Part shown: one piece after another, positions 24,797 through 35,027 of the stretch
Numbering within the stretch: the stretch's first letter is position 1
Layout: every line of letters starts with the position of its first letter
Assembly (NCBI GenBank): GCA_963822495.1
Contig: CAWGHQ010000005.1
Coordinates: 47,918-111,917 of the forward strand
Length of the DNA stretch: 64,000 bases
Origin: an uncultured Actinomycetota bacterium
GTDB lineage: Bacteria; Actinomycetota; Actinomycetes; Propionibacteriales; Nocardioidaceae
Direction: 5' to 3'
The notes under the pieces: generated by a model
What the model saw: the letters and a program-made list of their open reading frames with translations, nothing else
What the model was told of the DNA's origin: nothing
Databases searched by the model: none
Program-made: the position numbers and the translations under genes

Positions 24797-25534
24797 ATGG
24801 ACGCCGTGCAGACCATCGGGATCATCGGCGGGATGAGCTGGTACTCCACCGCCGCGTACTACCGCGTCCTGAACGAGACCGTCCAGGCCCGGCTCGGTGG
24901 CCACGCCTCGGCGCGGGTGGTGCTGCAGTCGCTCGACTTCGCCGAGGTGCGCGCCCTGCAGGAGCAGGGCGACTGGGCCGCCGCGGGCCGTCTCCTCGCC
25001 GCGGCGGGCAGGCGCTGCCAGGACGGCGGGGCCGACCTCGTCCTCATCGCGACCAACCTCATGCACAAGGTCGCCGACGACGTGGAGGCGGCGCTCGACG
25101 TCCCCCTGCTCCGGATCACCGACGCCCTGGTCGACCGCGCCGCCGCCCGGGGGTGGCGCCGCGTCGCCCTGCTGGGCACCCGCTGGGTGATGGAGGAGGA
25201 CTTCTACCTCGGCCGGCTCCGCTCCGGCGGCCTCGACGTGCTCGTGCCCGACGAGGAGGAGCGCGCGATGGTCGACCGGGTGGTCTTCGACGAGCTCACC
25301 CAGGGCCGGCTCGAGCCGCGCTCGCGGGCGGCCTTCGTCGCCGTCATCGAGCGGCTCGCCGCCCTCGGCGCCGAGGCCGTGCTGCTCGGCTGCACCGAGA
25401 TCGAGCTGCTCGTGCGAGCCGAGGACTCACCGCTCCCCCTGCTGGACTCCATGCGGGTCCACGCCGAGGCCGCCGTCGACCGGGCCCTCGGGCCCGTGCC
25501 GTCCGCCAGCCGGGTCACCACCGGCCAGGGCTGA
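24797..25534 (+). CDS. Aspartate/glutamate racemase family protein
   Basis: IGIIGGMSWYST, ATNLMH, LLGCTEI. Confidence 0.9.
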   Translation: MDAVQTIGIIGGMSWYSTAAYYRVLNETVQARLGGHASARVVLQSLDFAEVRALQEQGDWAAAGRLLAAAGRRCQDGGADLVLIATNLMHKVADDVEAALDVPLLRITDALVDRAAARGWRRVALLGTRWVMEEDFYLGRLRSGGLDVLVPDEEERAMVDRVVFDELTQGRLEPRSRAAFVAVIERLAALGAEAVLLGCTEIELLVRAEDSPLPLLDSMRVHAEAAVDRALGPVPSASRVTTGQG

Positions 25535-26141
25535 GCGCTCCGGGTTCCTCGCGAGACTCTCCTCCGGCCACGATCGCCTCCAGGTAGGCCCCGACCCGCG
25601 TCTCGGGCCACCCCCTGCTCTCGCGCAGTCCCGTGCCGAGCGTCGCGAGGTACGCCCGCGAGGGGGTCCGGTCCGGCATCGCGCCGACGCCACCGGGCGC
25701 GGTGAAGGTGAGCATCGGCAGGCCCTCGAGGCGACCGACCTCGACGAGGGTCTCGTAGTGGCCGGGGCCGACCTCGTGGCGCCCACCGGGCAGCGGCTCG
25801 AGCAGCAGGCCCTCGAGCGGGTCCCCGTCGCGCGGCAGGCGGTACATCTCCTGGGCGGCGATGTCGACGAGCTGGCGTCGGGTCACCAGGTAGCCCCGGG
25901 CGGCCGTCGGCCCGGGGGTGTCGTGGTCGTAGAAGGCCACCCCGCCACCCCACTGGGGGGAGTCCCCGGCGAAGTAGGTCGTGCCCGGCAGGTCGACCGG
26001 CACCGAGCGCGTCGGCAGGACCCGGTCCCGGGCGCCCGGGTTGGGCCGCAGTCCCCCCGGCGGGCAGCCGCCCACCAGGTAGCAGGCGAGTCGCTCCGCG
26101 GACATGTTCGAGCCGTAGGAGACGTACCAGACCTCGCTCAC
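25515..26141 (-). CDS. Conserved actinobacterial protein, gamma-glutamylcyclotransferase-like fold (often auto-labelled 'histone deacetylase')
   Basis: VWYVSYGSNM, YFAGDSPQWGGGVAFYD, DIAAQEM, PSRAYL. Confidence 0.7.
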   Translation of the reverse strand: MSEVWYVSYGSNMSAERLACYLVGGCPPGGLRPNPGARDRVLPTRSVPVDLPGTTYFAGDSPQWGGGVAFYDHDTPGPTAARGYLVTRRQLVDIAAQEMYRLPRDGDPLEGLLLEPLPGGRHEVGPGHYETLVEVGRLEGLPMLTFTAPGGVGAMPDRTPSRAYLATLGTGLRESRGWPETRVGAYLEAIVAGGESREEPGALSPGRW

Positions 26142-26208
26142 GAGACGCCACGCTAGCCCGCTCGCGTTCGCCTCCGGCGCGTGGTGGTGTGCCGTAAGGT
26201 CGGCCAGC

Positions 26209-26928
26209 GTGACCACTGCTGCCCGCCGCAAGATCCCGCTGTGGGCGGAGACCGGGCTGCTGCTCGTCATCGCCGTCGTGCTGGCGCTGATCATCAAGAC
26301 GCTGTTCGTCCAGGCCTTCTACATCCCCTCGTCCTCCATGCGCCCGGGTCTGGTCGTCAACGACCGCATCCTGGTGCAGAAGCTCTCCTACTGGTTCGAC
26401 GGCACCCCGCAGCGGGGCGACGTCGTGGTCTTCGAGGACCCGGGCGGCTGGCTCGGCCCCGAGGAGGCGGCCGGCCCCACCAACCCGCTCACCCGGAGCA
26501 TGGCGGCCATCGGCCTCTACCCGACCGGGGGGCACCTGGTGAAGCGGGTCGTGGGCGTCGGCGGCGACACCGTCGTGTGCTGCGACGACCAGGGCCGCAT
26601 CGAGGTCAACGGCCTCGCCGTCGACGAGTCCGAGTTCATCGCGCGCCAGGCGCTGTGCGACGGGCCGATGCCCGGCGGCGGCTCCTGCGACTGGACGGCC
26701 GGCCCCGTGCCCGAGGGCGAGCTGTTCGTCATGGGCGACAACCGCAACGCCTCGGCCGACTCCTCGGTGCGGCTGTGCGTCGGCCGGGCGACCGGGTGCG
26801 ACGAGAGCGACGCCTACGTGCCCGAGGACCTCGTGGTCGGCAAGGTCTTCGCGCTGGCCTGGCCCCCGGGACGGGCGCACCTGGTCTCCCGGCCCGACGC
26901 GTTCGCCGACGTCCCGGACGCGAGCTAG
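26209..26928 (+). CDS. lepB: Signal peptidase I
   Basis: FYIPSSSM (catalytic Ser), LVKRVVG (catalytic Lys), FVMGDNRNASADS. Confidence 0.92.
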   Translation: MTTAARRKIPLWAETGLLLVIAVVLALIIKTLFVQAFYIPSSSMRPGLVVNDRILVQKLSYWFDGTPQRGDVVVFEDPGGWLGPEEAAGPTNPLTRSMAAIGLYPTGGHLVKRVVGVGGDTVVCCDDQGRIEVNGLAVDESEFIARQALCDGPMPGGGSCDWTAGPVPEGELFVMGDNRNASADSSVRLCVGRATGCDESDAYVPEDLVVGKVFALAWPPGRAHLVSRPDAFADVPDAS

Positions 26929-26945
26929 GCCTGAGCTAGGCCGAG

Positions 26946-27716
26946 CTAGGCCGGACCAGGCTGCTGCAGCCCGGCGACGTCGACGACCACGGCGGTCGCG
27001 TTGTCGTGGCCCCCGGCGGACACGGCCGCGGCCACCAGCGCGTCGGCAGCGTGCGAGGCGTCCGGGGTCTCAGCGAGGAGGGCGGCCATCGCGGCCTCCT
27101 CGAGCATCCCGCTGACACCGTCCGAGCACAGCAGCAACCGGTCGCCGACGACGACGGGGACGACCAGGTAGTCCGCCTCGACGTGCCCCGTGCCGCCCAG
27201 GGCCCGGGTCACGACGTGGCGCTCGGGATGGACCGCGGCCTCCTCGGGGGCGATCGCCCCGGAGTCCACCAGCTGCTGGACCAGGCTGTGGTCGACGCTG
27301 AGCTGGTCGAGTCGACCGGCGCGGAGCCGGTAGGCCCGCGAGTCGCCGACGTTGGCCAGCAGCCACACGGGATCGACCGGGTCGGCGGTCAGCACCAGGA
27401 CGACGGCCGTGGTACCGGCGGCGAAGTCGCGGGCGCCCTCCGCGCGCTGAGCGGCGTCGTAGTCGCCGATGGCCCGCTCGCAGCGGCGCAGCGTCGCCGC
27501 GACCGCCTCGGCCGCGCGCTCGGGGTCGTAGCCGTCCTCGGCCAGCGCCGCGAACTGCTCGACCACGATCCGGCTCGCGACGTCGCCGCGGTCGTGACCG
27601 CCCATGCCGTCGGCGACGACGAAGACGGGCGGTGCGACCAGGAAGGCGTCCTCGTTGGCCTCGCGCACCCGGCCGACGTCGGTGGCGGCTCCGTGGCGGA
27701 GCTCGACCCCGGTCAC
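26946..27716 (-). CDS. PP2C family Ser/Thr protein phosphatase
   Basis: TDVGRVREANED, VADGMGGH, NVGDSRAY, LLCSDG, GGHDNAT. Confidence 0.93.
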   Translation of the reverse strand: MTGVELRHGAATDVGRVREANEDAFLVAPPVFVVADGMGGHDRGDVASRIVVEQFAALAEDGYDPERAAEAVAATLRRCERAIGDYDAAQRAEGARDFAAGTTAVVLVLTADPVDPVWLLANVGDSRAYRLRAGRLDQLSVDHSLVQQLVDSGAIAPEEAAVHPERHVVTRALGGTGHVEADYLVVPVVVGDRLLLCSDGVSGMLEEAAMAALLAETPDASHAADALVAAAVSAGGHDNATAVVVDVAGLQQPGPA

Positions 27717-27755
27717 CGTGCCACCGCCGGGGTGCCGACGGCTAGCGTGGACCCG

Positions 27756-30014
27756 ATGGGCATCTCGAGCACGACCGAAGGGTACCGCTCCCTGGCCGAC
27801 CAGCTGCGCGGCTGGACCGACGAGCGGTTGGCCGAGCTGCTGGTCCTGCGCCCTGACCTGGCCACGCCTGCCCCTCACGACTTCGCTCAGCTGGCCTCGC
27901 GCGCCACCGTGCGGGTCTCGGTGATGCGCGCCGTCGACCAGCTCGACCGCCTGGAGCTGTCCATCCTCGACGCCGTGCTGGTCGGCGGTCAAACGACGCG
28001 CTCCGCGGTGGTGGACCTCGTGCACGCCGACCCCGCAGCGGCCGGGCCGGCGCTGGACCGGCTGGTCGACCGTGCGCTCGTGTGGCACTCCACCCTCGGG
28101 CTGCGGGCGCTGACCGGGGTGGCCGAGGCCCTGGCCCTGGTGCCCGACGCCGGCGTCAGCGGGCTGCTGCCGCCCGCGGACCCGCCCCTGTCCCCCGCCG
28201 AGGTGCGCGAGCGGCTCGCGGAGCTGCCGCAGGCGGCCCGCGCCCTGCTCGACCACGTGGCAGCGCACGGTGGGCAGGCCACGACCGGAGGGTCCCGCCA
28301 GCTCGTCGCGGTCGAGCAGGCGGCGACGCCGGCCGAGCACCTGCTGGCCCGTCGGCTGCTGGTCCCGCGCGGCGGCAACGCGGTCGTGCTGCCGGGCGAG
28401 GTCGGGCTGGTGCTGCGCGGCGGCCGGACCACCACGCAGCCGGTCGACGTCGTCCCCGACCTGGCCACGGCCGACCGGCCCGCCGCCCTCGTGGACCGCA
28501 CCGCGGCCGGTGCGGCCTTCGAGACGGTCCGCCGCATCGAGCTGCTCCTCGACCACTGGGGCGCCCACCCCGCCCCGGCGCTGCGCAGCGGCGGGCTCGG
28601 GGTGCGTGACCTCAAGGCGACGGCCCGCCTGCTGCACGTCGAGGAGCCCCTGGCGGCGCTGCTGGTCGAGACCGCCGCCGCGGCAGGCCTCGTGGCCCAG
28701 CGCGCCGATGTCGGCGGCGACCCGGTGTGGGTGCCCACCGACCACTTCGACCGGTGGAGTGCCCGTACGACGGCGGAGCGGTGGACCGAGCTGGCGCAGA
28801 CCTGGCTGACCACCCACCGCGCCGTCGCCCTCGTCGGCAGCCGCGACGAGGCCGACAAGCCGCGCAACACGCTCTCCCCCGGTCTGACCAGCCGCACCGT
28901 GGCGGAGTCGCGTCGGATGGCGCTCGAGACGCTCTCCACGCTGCCCGAGGGGCGGGTGCTGGCCAGCGGGACCGGCGTCGCGTCGTTGGTGGCCCGGCTG
29001 GCCTGGCAGCGGCCGCGCCGCCCGGCCTCCCGTGCCGGCGAGGTCGCCGCCGCCCTCGACCAGGGCGCGCTGCTCGGCCTCGTCGCCCTCGGCGGCCTGG
29101 CCTCCTACGCCGCGGCGCTGGTGCGCGGCGAGGACCCTGTCGGCCTCCTCGACGAGCTGCTGCCCGAGCCGGTGGACCACGTCCTCGTGCAGGCCGACCT
29201 GACGGCGGTCGCACCCGGCCCGCTGGAGTCGTCCCTGGCCCGACGCCTGCAGCTGCTGGCCGACGTGGAGTCCCGGGGTGGGGCGACGGTCTACCGGTTC
29301 TCAGCGGGCTCGGTGCGCCGCGCGCTCGATGTCGGATGGACCGCGGCGGAGGTCCACGAGTTCCTCGGGACGGTCTCGCGGACCCCGGTCCCGCAGCCGC
29401 TGAGCTACCTCGTCGACGACACGGTGCGCACCTACGGCACCGTGCGGGTGGGGCATGCCGAGGCGTTCCTGCGCTCCGACGACGAGGCTGCCCTCACTAC
29501 GCTGGTGCACCACCCGCGGGCGGCCACCCTCGGCCTGCGCCAGGTGGCACCGACCGTGGTGGTCTCGACGACGCCGCTCGACGTCCTGCTGCCGCGGCTG
29601 CGCGAGCTCGGCGCGGCGCCGGTGGTCGAGGCCGCCGACGGCACCGTCCAGATCACGCGACCGGACCTGCTGCGGGCGCGGACCCCGCGCGAGCGGCCGG
29701 CGGCGGTCACCTCCGCCCGGCGCAGCGCCACGGCCGCGGCCGTGGTCAGCGCGGTAAGGGCCGGCGACCGGGCGGCCGCCTCGCGCCCGGGCACCACCTC
29801 CCTGAGCCCCAGCGGGGCGCTCAGCGCGCTGCGTGAGGCCGTCGAGGCCGGGACGGCGGTGGTGATCGCCTACGTCGACAACCAGGGCACCCGCAGCGAC
29901 CGCCTCGTCGACCCGCTGCGGGTCGAGGGCGGCACCTTGACGGCCCGCGACCACCGCGCCGACGAGATCCGCGCCTTCGCGGTGCACCGCATCCACTCCG
30001 TCCTCCCCGCCTGA
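27756..30014 (+). CDS. Helicase-associated domain protein (XPB partner, Rv0862c-like; WYL-like C-terminus)
   Basis: LVQADLTAVAPGPL, VESRGGATVYRF, PVPQPLSYLVDD; C-terminal IAYVD...R.F..HRI. Confidence 0.85.
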   Translation: MGISSTTEGYRSLADQLRGWTDERLAELLVLRPDLATPAPHDFAQLASRATVRVSVMRAVDQLDRLELSILDAVLVGGQTTRSAVVDLVHADPAAAGPALDRLVDRALVWHSTLGLRALTGVAEALALVPDAGVSGLLPPADPPLSPAEVRERLAELPQAARALLDHVAAHGGQATTGGSRQLVAVEQAATPAEHLLARRLLVPRGGNAVVLPGEVGLVLRGGRTTTQPVDVVPDLATADRPAALVDRTAAGAAFETVRRIELLLDHWGAHPAPALRSGGLGVRDLKATARLLHVEEPLAALLVETAAAAGLVAQRADVGGDPVWVPTDHFDRWSARTTAERWTELAQTWLTTHRAVALVGSRDEADKPRNTLSPGLTSRTVAESRRMALETLSTLPEGRVLASGTGVASLVARLAWQRPRRPASRAGEVAAALDQGALLGLVALGGLASYAAALVRGEDPVGLLDELLPEPVDHVLVQADLTAVAPGPLESSLARRLQLLADVESRGGATVYRFSAGSVRRALDVGWTAAEVHEFLGTVSRTPVPQPLSYLVDDTVRTYGTVRVGHAEAFLRSDDEAALTTLVHHPRAATLGLRQVAPTVVVSTTPLDVLLPRLRELGAAPVVEAADGTVQITRPDLLRARTPRERPAAVTSARRSATAAAVVSAVRAGDRAAASRPGTTSLSPSGALSALREAVEAGTAVVIAYVDNQGTRSDRLVDPLRVEGGTLTARDHRADEIRAFAVHRIHSVLPA

Positions 30015-30116
30015 CGAGATGGCACTCGCCGCCGGTCGAGGTGGCGCTCGCCGCCGGTCGAGGTGGCACTCGCCGCCGGTCGAGATGGCGCTCGCCACCG
30101 GTCGAGGTGGCGCCCG
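30015..30116 (+). repeat. 22-bp tandem array (CGAGRTGGCRCTCGCCGCCGGT x ~4.6)
   Basis: Units at 30015, 30037, 30059, 30081 and 30103; starts directly after TGA. Confidence 0.92.
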
Positions 30117-30128
30117 TAGGATCACGAG

Positions 30129-31769
30129 GTGAACGACGGCCCCCTGATCGTGCAGTCCGACAAGACCCTGCTCCTCGAGATCGACCATGATCGTGCGGCC
30201 GACTGCCGCAAGGCGATCGCCCCGTTCGCCGAGCTCGAGCGCTCCCCCGAGCACGTCCACACCTACCGGCTGACGCCCCTGGGCCTGTGGAACGCGCGGG
30301 CGGCCGGACACGACGCCGAGCAGGTCGTCGACACGCTGCTGGAGTTCAGCCGCTACGCCGTGCCGCACTCGCTGCTGGTCGACGTGGCCGAGACGATGGC
30401 CCGCTACGGCCGCCTACGCCTGGAGAAGCACCCGGTCCACGGGCTGGTGCTGGCCAGCTCGGACCGCCCGGTGCTCGAGGAGGTCCTGCGGGCCAAGAAG
30501 GTCGCCGGCATGATCGGGGAGCGCGTCGACGACGACACCGTCGTCGTGCACGCCTCCGAGCGCGGCAACCTCAAGCAGGTCCTGCTCAAGCTCGGGTGGC
30601 CGGCCGAGGACTTCGCCGGGTACGTCGACGGCGAGAAGCACGCGATCGACCTCGACGAGTCCGCGTGGACGCTTCGTGGCTACCAGCGCGACGCGGCGGA
30701 CTCGTTCTGGAACGGCGGGTCGGGCGTCGTCGTCCTGCCCTGCGGCGCCGGCAAGACGCTCGTGGGGGCCGCGGCGATGGCCCACGCCGGCGCGACGACG
30801 TTGATCCTGGTCACCAACACCGTCAGCGCGCGACAGTGGAAGGACGAGCTGGTCAGGCGGACGTCCCTGACCGAGGACGAGATCGGCGAGTACTCCGGCG
30901 CCGTCAAGGAGGTCCGCCCGGTCACCATCGCGACCTACCAGGTCCTGACCCTGCGCCGGCAGGGCGTCTACCCCCACCTCGAGCTGCTCGACGCGCGCGA
31001 CTGGGGCCTGATCATCTACGACGAGGTCCACCTGCTGCCGGCCCCGATCTTCCGGATGACCGCCAACCTCCAGGCCCGGCGCCGCATCGGCCTCACCGCG
31101 ACCCTCGTGCGCGAGGACGGCCGCGAGGGTGACGTCTTCAGCCTGATCGGTCCGAAGCGCTACGACGCACCGTGGAAGGACATCGAGGCCCAGGGCTGGA
31201 TCGCGCCGGCCGACTGCGTCGAGGTCCGCGTCACCCTGCCCGACGCCGAGCGACTCGTCTACGCCACCGCCGAGCCCGAGGAGCGCTACCGGCTCGCCGC
31301 GTGCACGCCCTACAAGGACCTCGTCGTCAAGGACCTCGTGGCGCGTCACGCCGGTCAGCCGACCCTGGTGATCGGCCAGTACATCGAGCAGCTCGACACG
31401 CTGGCCGCCGCGCTGGAGGCCCCCGTCATCAAGGGCGACACCCCCGTCAAGGAGCGGCAGCGTCTCTTCGAGGCCTTCCGCACCGGTGAGATCGGCCTCC
31501 TCGTGGTCAGCAAGGTGGCCAACTTCTCGATCGACCTGCCCTCGGCCGAGGTCGCGATCCAGGTCTCCGGCTCCTTCGGCTCCCGCCAGGAGGAGGCCCA
31601 GCGGTTGGGCCGGCTGATGCGACCGAAGTCCGACGGCCAGACCGCGCGGTTCTACGCGGTCGTCGCGCGCGACACCGTCGACGCCGAGTTCGCCCAGAAC
31701 CGACAGCGCTTCCTGGCCGAGCAGGGCTACGCCTACCGGATCGTCGACGCCGAGGACCTGCCGGCCTGA
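30129..31769 (+). CDS. DNA repair helicase XPB (Ercc3-like)
   Basis: GPLIVQSDKTLLLE, VLPCGAGKT, DEVH, GLTATLVREDG, QRLGR. Confidence 0.95.
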   Translation: MNDGPLIVQSDKTLLLEIDHDRAADCRKAIAPFAELERSPEHVHTYRLTPLGLWNARAAGHDAEQVVDTLLEFSRYAVPHSLLVDVAETMARYGRLRLEKHPVHGLVLASSDRPVLEEVLRAKKVAGMIGERVDDDTVVVHASERGNLKQVLLKLGWPAEDFAGYVDGEKHAIDLDESAWTLRGYQRDAADSFWNGGSGVVVLPCGAGKTLVGAAAMAHAGATTLILVTNTVSARQWKDELVRRTSLTEDEIGEYSGAVKEVRPVTIATYQVLTLRRQGVYPHLELLDARDWGLIIYDEVHLLPAPIFRMTANLQARRRIGLTATLVREDGREGDVFSLIGPKRYDAPWKDIEAQGWIAPADCVEVRVTLPDAERLVYATAEPEERYRLAACTPYKDLVVKDLVARHAGQPTLVIGQYIEQLDTLAAALEAPVIKGDTPVKERQRLFEAFRTGEIGLLVVSKVANFSIDLPSAEVAIQVSGSFGSRQEEAQRLGRLMRPKSDGQTARFYAVVARDTVDAEFAQNRQRFLAEQGYAYRIVDAEDLPA

Positions 31770-31848
31770 GCTTCCGGGCGGCACCGGTGCTCGCCCGGCG
31801 GGAGTCCCGATGCGGGCGCGCACGCGTCCACGACCTAGCGTTGCCCCC

Positions 31849-33051
31849 ATGAAGGCGCTCCTGCTCGAGAACATCCACCCGGCCGCGGTCGCGCGCCTCG
31901 AGGAGGCCGGCTACGCCGTCGACCTGCGCAAGGCCTCGATGTCGGAGGACGAGCTGGTGCACGCCCTGCCCGGCGTCGACCTCCTGGGCATCCGCTCCAA
32001 CACCCATCTCACCGCGCGGGTCCTCGAGCACGCCCCCGACCTGTTGGCCGCCGGGTGCTTCTGCATCGGCACCAACCAGGTCGACCTGCCGGCCGCGCTG
32101 GCCCACCGCGTCGCGGTCTTCAACGCTCCCCACTCCAACACCCGCAGCGTCGTCGAGCTGGTGATCGGCGAGATCATCATGCTCGCGCGGCGGTTGCCCG
32201 AGAAGACGATCCGCATGCACGACGGGATCTGGGACAAGTCCGCCTCCGGCAGCCACGAGGTCCGCGGCCGCACCCTCGGCATCGTCGGCTACGGCAACAT
32301 CGGCTCGCAGCTCTCCGTGGTCGCCGAGGCGCTCGGCCTGCGGGTGATCTTCTACGACGTCGCCGACCGTCTGGCCCACGGCAACGCCCGCCGGATGCCG
32401 AGCCTCGAGGCACTGCTGGCCGAGGCCGACGTCGTCACCCTGCACGTCGACGGCCGCCCGGGCAACGCCGGCCTCTTCGGGCCGCAGTACTTCGACCTGA
32501 TGAAGCGTCGCTCGCTGTTCATCAACGCCTCCCGCGGCATGCTCGTCGACACCGAGGCCCTGCGCGACCGCATCCTCTCGGGCCACATCGCCGGTGCCGC
32601 GATGGACGTGTTCCCGATCGAGCCCAAGGCCCAGGGCGACGCCTTCGACTCACCGCTGCGCGGGCTCGACAACGTCGTGCTGACCCCTCACGTCGGCGGG
32701 TCGACGCAGGAGGCCCAGGAGGAGATCGGGCACTTCGTCGCCGGAAAGCTGATCGGCTACGTCGAGCACGGCACGACGGCGCTGTCGGTCAACTTCCCCG
32801 AGGCCGGTGCGACGCCGGAGGCCGGCACCCACCGCGTCACGCTGCTGCACCGCAACGTGCCCGGCGTCCTCGCCGAGGTCAACAACGCACTCGCAGCCCG
32901 AGGCACGAACATCCTGGGGCAGTCCCTGGCGACCCGGGGCGAGCAGGGCTACGTCGTCACCGACGTCGCCGAGCCGCTGGACCAGGCCACCGTCGACGTG
33001 CTGGCCGCGATGCCCGAGACAGTGCTGCTGCGGACCATGACGGCACGCTGA
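31849..33051 (+). CDS. serA: D-3-phosphoglycerate dehydrogenase
   Basis: LLLENIH, GIRSNT, CFCIGTNQVDL, GIVGYGNIG, TPHVGGSTQEAQ; C-terminal ACT HRNVPGVL. Confidence 0.93.
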   Translation: MKALLLENIHPAAVARLEEAGYAVDLRKASMSEDELVHALPGVDLLGIRSNTHLTARVLEHAPDLLAAGCFCIGTNQVDLPAALAHRVAVFNAPHSNTRSVVELVIGEIIMLARRLPEKTIRMHDGIWDKSASGSHEVRGRTLGIVGYGNIGSQLSVVAEALGLRVIFYDVADRLAHGNARRMPSLEALLAEADVVTLHVDGRPGNAGLFGPQYFDLMKRRSLFINASRGMLVDTEALRDRILSGHIAGAAMDVFPIEPKAQGDAFDSPLRGLDNVVLTPHVGGSTQEAQEEIGHFVAGKLIGYVEHGTTALSVNFPEAGATPEAGTHRVTLLHRNVPGVLAEVNNALAARGTNILGQSLATRGEQGYVVTDVAEPLDQATVDVLAAMPETVLLRTMTAR

Positions 33052-33058
33052 GGCACGC

Positions 33059-33120
33059 CGAGCGCCACCTCGTCGCACCGCAAGCGCCACCTCGACGTAC
33101 GGCAACCGCCACCTCGACGG
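33059..33120 (-). repeat. Degenerate 22-bp array (x ~3) of the same family
   Basis: cgagcgccacctcgtcgcaccg caagcgccacctcgacgtacgg caaccgccacctcgacgg. Confidence 0.75.
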
Positions 33121-33158
33121 GTGACCCGGTCCTTCGGCTGCTCGGTAGGTTCGACCAC

Positions 33159-34019
33159 GTGATCGACACCGTCCGGACCCGCCTCGGCGAGGCCATCTTC
33201 GCGCGGGTCGCCGGCCCGGACGGCGTCGAGCACCGCGACCGCATCCACCTCACCGACGGTCCCCGCTGGTTCGAGCCGGGCAGCCCGATCACCGTGGTGC
33301 ACGCCGACGCCTCGATGTTCGTCGGCGGTATCCGGGCCGTGCTGCTGCAGACCCTCCACCCGGCCGCGATGAAGGCCGTCGCCGACCACTCGGGCTACCG
33401 CGGCGACATGTGGGGCCGCCTGGCGCGCACCAGCCACTTCCTGGCCGTGACCACCTTCGGGACCGCCGCAGACGCGCAGCGCTCCGTCGAGGTCGTCCGG
33501 TCGATCCACCGCCGCGTGACCGGCGAGATGCCCGACGGCTCGACCTACGCCGCCTCGGACCCGCACCTGCTCGAGTGGGTGCACGTCGCGGAGGCCGACA
33601 GCTTCTTGCGCGCCTACACCGTCTACGGCGCCACCACGCTGACCCAGGACGAGCGTGACACCTACGTCGCCCAGACCGCCGAGGTCGCCCGCGCCCTGGG
33701 CGCGCTCGACCCACCCACGACCGAGGCCGAGCTGGACGCCCGGATGGCCGCGTTCCGCCCCGAGCTGCGCACCAGCCCGGAGGCCCGGGCCGCCGTGCGC
33801 TACCTGATCTGGCGCCCGCCGCTGCCGCTGCTGGCCCGCGCGCCCTACGGCGTCCTGATGGCCGCCGGAGTCTCCCTGATGCCGCGCTGGACGCGTCGAC
33901 CGCTGCGCCTGCCCTACCTCCCGGTCTCCGAACGCACCGTCGTCCGCGCGCTCGGCGCGCTGGCCACCGGCACCATCCGGTGGGCCATGGCTCCCCCGGC
34001 CGCCCCCGCTGCTGTTTAG
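33159..34019 (+). CDS. Oxygenase MpaB family (DUF2236) protein
   Basis: GGIRAVLLQTLHP, RLART, IHRRVTG, DPHLLEWVHVAE. Confidence 0.88.
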   Translation: MIDTVRTRLGEAIFARVAGPDGVEHRDRIHLTDGPRWFEPGSPITVVHADASMFVGGIRAVLLQTLHPAAMKAVADHSGYRGDMWGRLARTSHFLAVTTFGTAADAQRSVEVVRSIHRRVTGEMPDGSTYAASDPHLLEWVHVAEADSFLRAYTVYGATTLTQDERDTYVAQTAEVARALGALDPPTTEAELDARMAAFRPELRTSPEARAAVRYLIWRPPLPLLARAPYGVLMAAGVSLMPRWTRRPLRLPYLPVSERTVVRALGALATGTIRWAMAPPAAPAAV

Positions 34020-34027
34020 ATGGTCCG

Positions 34028-34705
34028 GTGCCGGATCCCGACCATCTGCTGCCCTGGCCGCTGAGCGACCGCTCCGACAGCTCTCCCGACGGCGCCGACG
34101 CTCGGTCCGAGCATCGTGGCGCGGCGTTGCGTGAGGCGCTGGTGGCGGCCTACGACGACGACACGCGCGTCTACCACGACCTACGCCACCTCCGTGAGGT
34201 GCTCGCCGCGCTGGACGAGCTGGCCGCCCACGGCCCGGCCTTCGACGTCGCCACCGTGCGGCTCGCGGCGTGGTTCCACGACGCCGTCTACGACGGGGAG
34301 CGCGACGCCGAGGAGCGCTCGGCGGCGTGGGCCGAGGACGCACTGGTCGACCTCGTCACCCCGACGACGCGCGCCGAGGTCGCACGGCTGGTCCGCATGA
34401 CCGAGACCCACGATCCCGACACCGACGACACCGGGGCCTGCGCGCTCTCGGACGCCGACCTGGCCATCCTGGCCGCCGCTCCCGAGCGGTACGCGGAGTA
34501 CGTCGCGGCCGTGCGACGTGAGTACGCCCACGTGGGTGACGACGACTTCGCGCGCGGCCGCTCCACGGTGCTGCAGGACCTGCTGGCCCGCGACCGGCTG
34601 TTCCGCACCGAGTGGGCCGGCCGGCAGTGGGAGCAGCGTGCCCGCACCAACGTCCAGGACGAGCTCGAGCGGCTCGGCCGGGGCGTCGCGGCCCTTCAGG
34701 ACTGA
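34028..34705 (+). CDS. HD-superfamily metal-dependent phosphohydrolase
   Basis: RVYHDLRHL, AAWFHDAVY, DADLAIL, VRREY. Confidence 0.88.
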   Translation: MPDPDHLLPWPLSDRSDSSPDGADARSEHRGAALREALVAAYDDDTRVYHDLRHLREVLAALDELAAHGPAFDVATVRLAAWFHDAVYDGERDAEERSAAWAEDALVDLVTPTTRAEVARLVRMTETHDPDTDDTGACALSDADLAILAAAPERYAEYVAAVRREYAHVGDDDFARGRSTVLQDLLARDRLFRTEWAGRQWEQRARTNVQDELERLGRGVAALQD

Positions 34706-34739
34706 GCCCAGGATCACCACCGGGCAACGACCTCGGCGC

Positions 34740-35027
34740 TCAGTGCTGCGGTCCCCGCGGGTCGTCCCCCACCTGGCTCTTGCGCCGACGTAGGCCGGCG
34801 GCGACGAGGGCGGCGACCAGCTCGCGCGAGGAGACCTCCACGGCGCCGAGGGCGACCACTTGGTCGTAGTGGTCGGCCGGGACGTCGTAGTGGTCGCGGT
34901 CGAAGCCCCGCTCGGGGATGCCGAGGTCGCGGGCGAAGGCGTGCAGCTCGGCGTAGGAGGTGTCGGAGGCCAGGTGCGACCAGTGCCGACCGCGCCACTC
35001 CACCAACGGCGGGTCGATGAGGATCAC
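34740..35027 (-). CDS. DUF4031 domain-containing protein
   Basis: ILIDPP...WSHLASD...ELHAFA...FDRDHYDV. Confidence 0.88.
   Translation of the reverse strand: MILIDPPLVEWRGRHWSHLASDTSYAELHAFARDLGIPERGFDRDHYDVPADHYDQVVALGAVEVSSRELVAALVAAGLRRRKSQVGDDPRGPQH

Noticed and set aside
25515-26141. True histone deacetylase
   Set aside because: No HDAC metal-binding motifs; the YGSN motif points to a GGCT-like fold.
26921-26953. GAGCTAGGCC triple repeat between lepB and the PP2C gene
   Set aside because: Very short, includes both stop codons, and is most simply local slippage.
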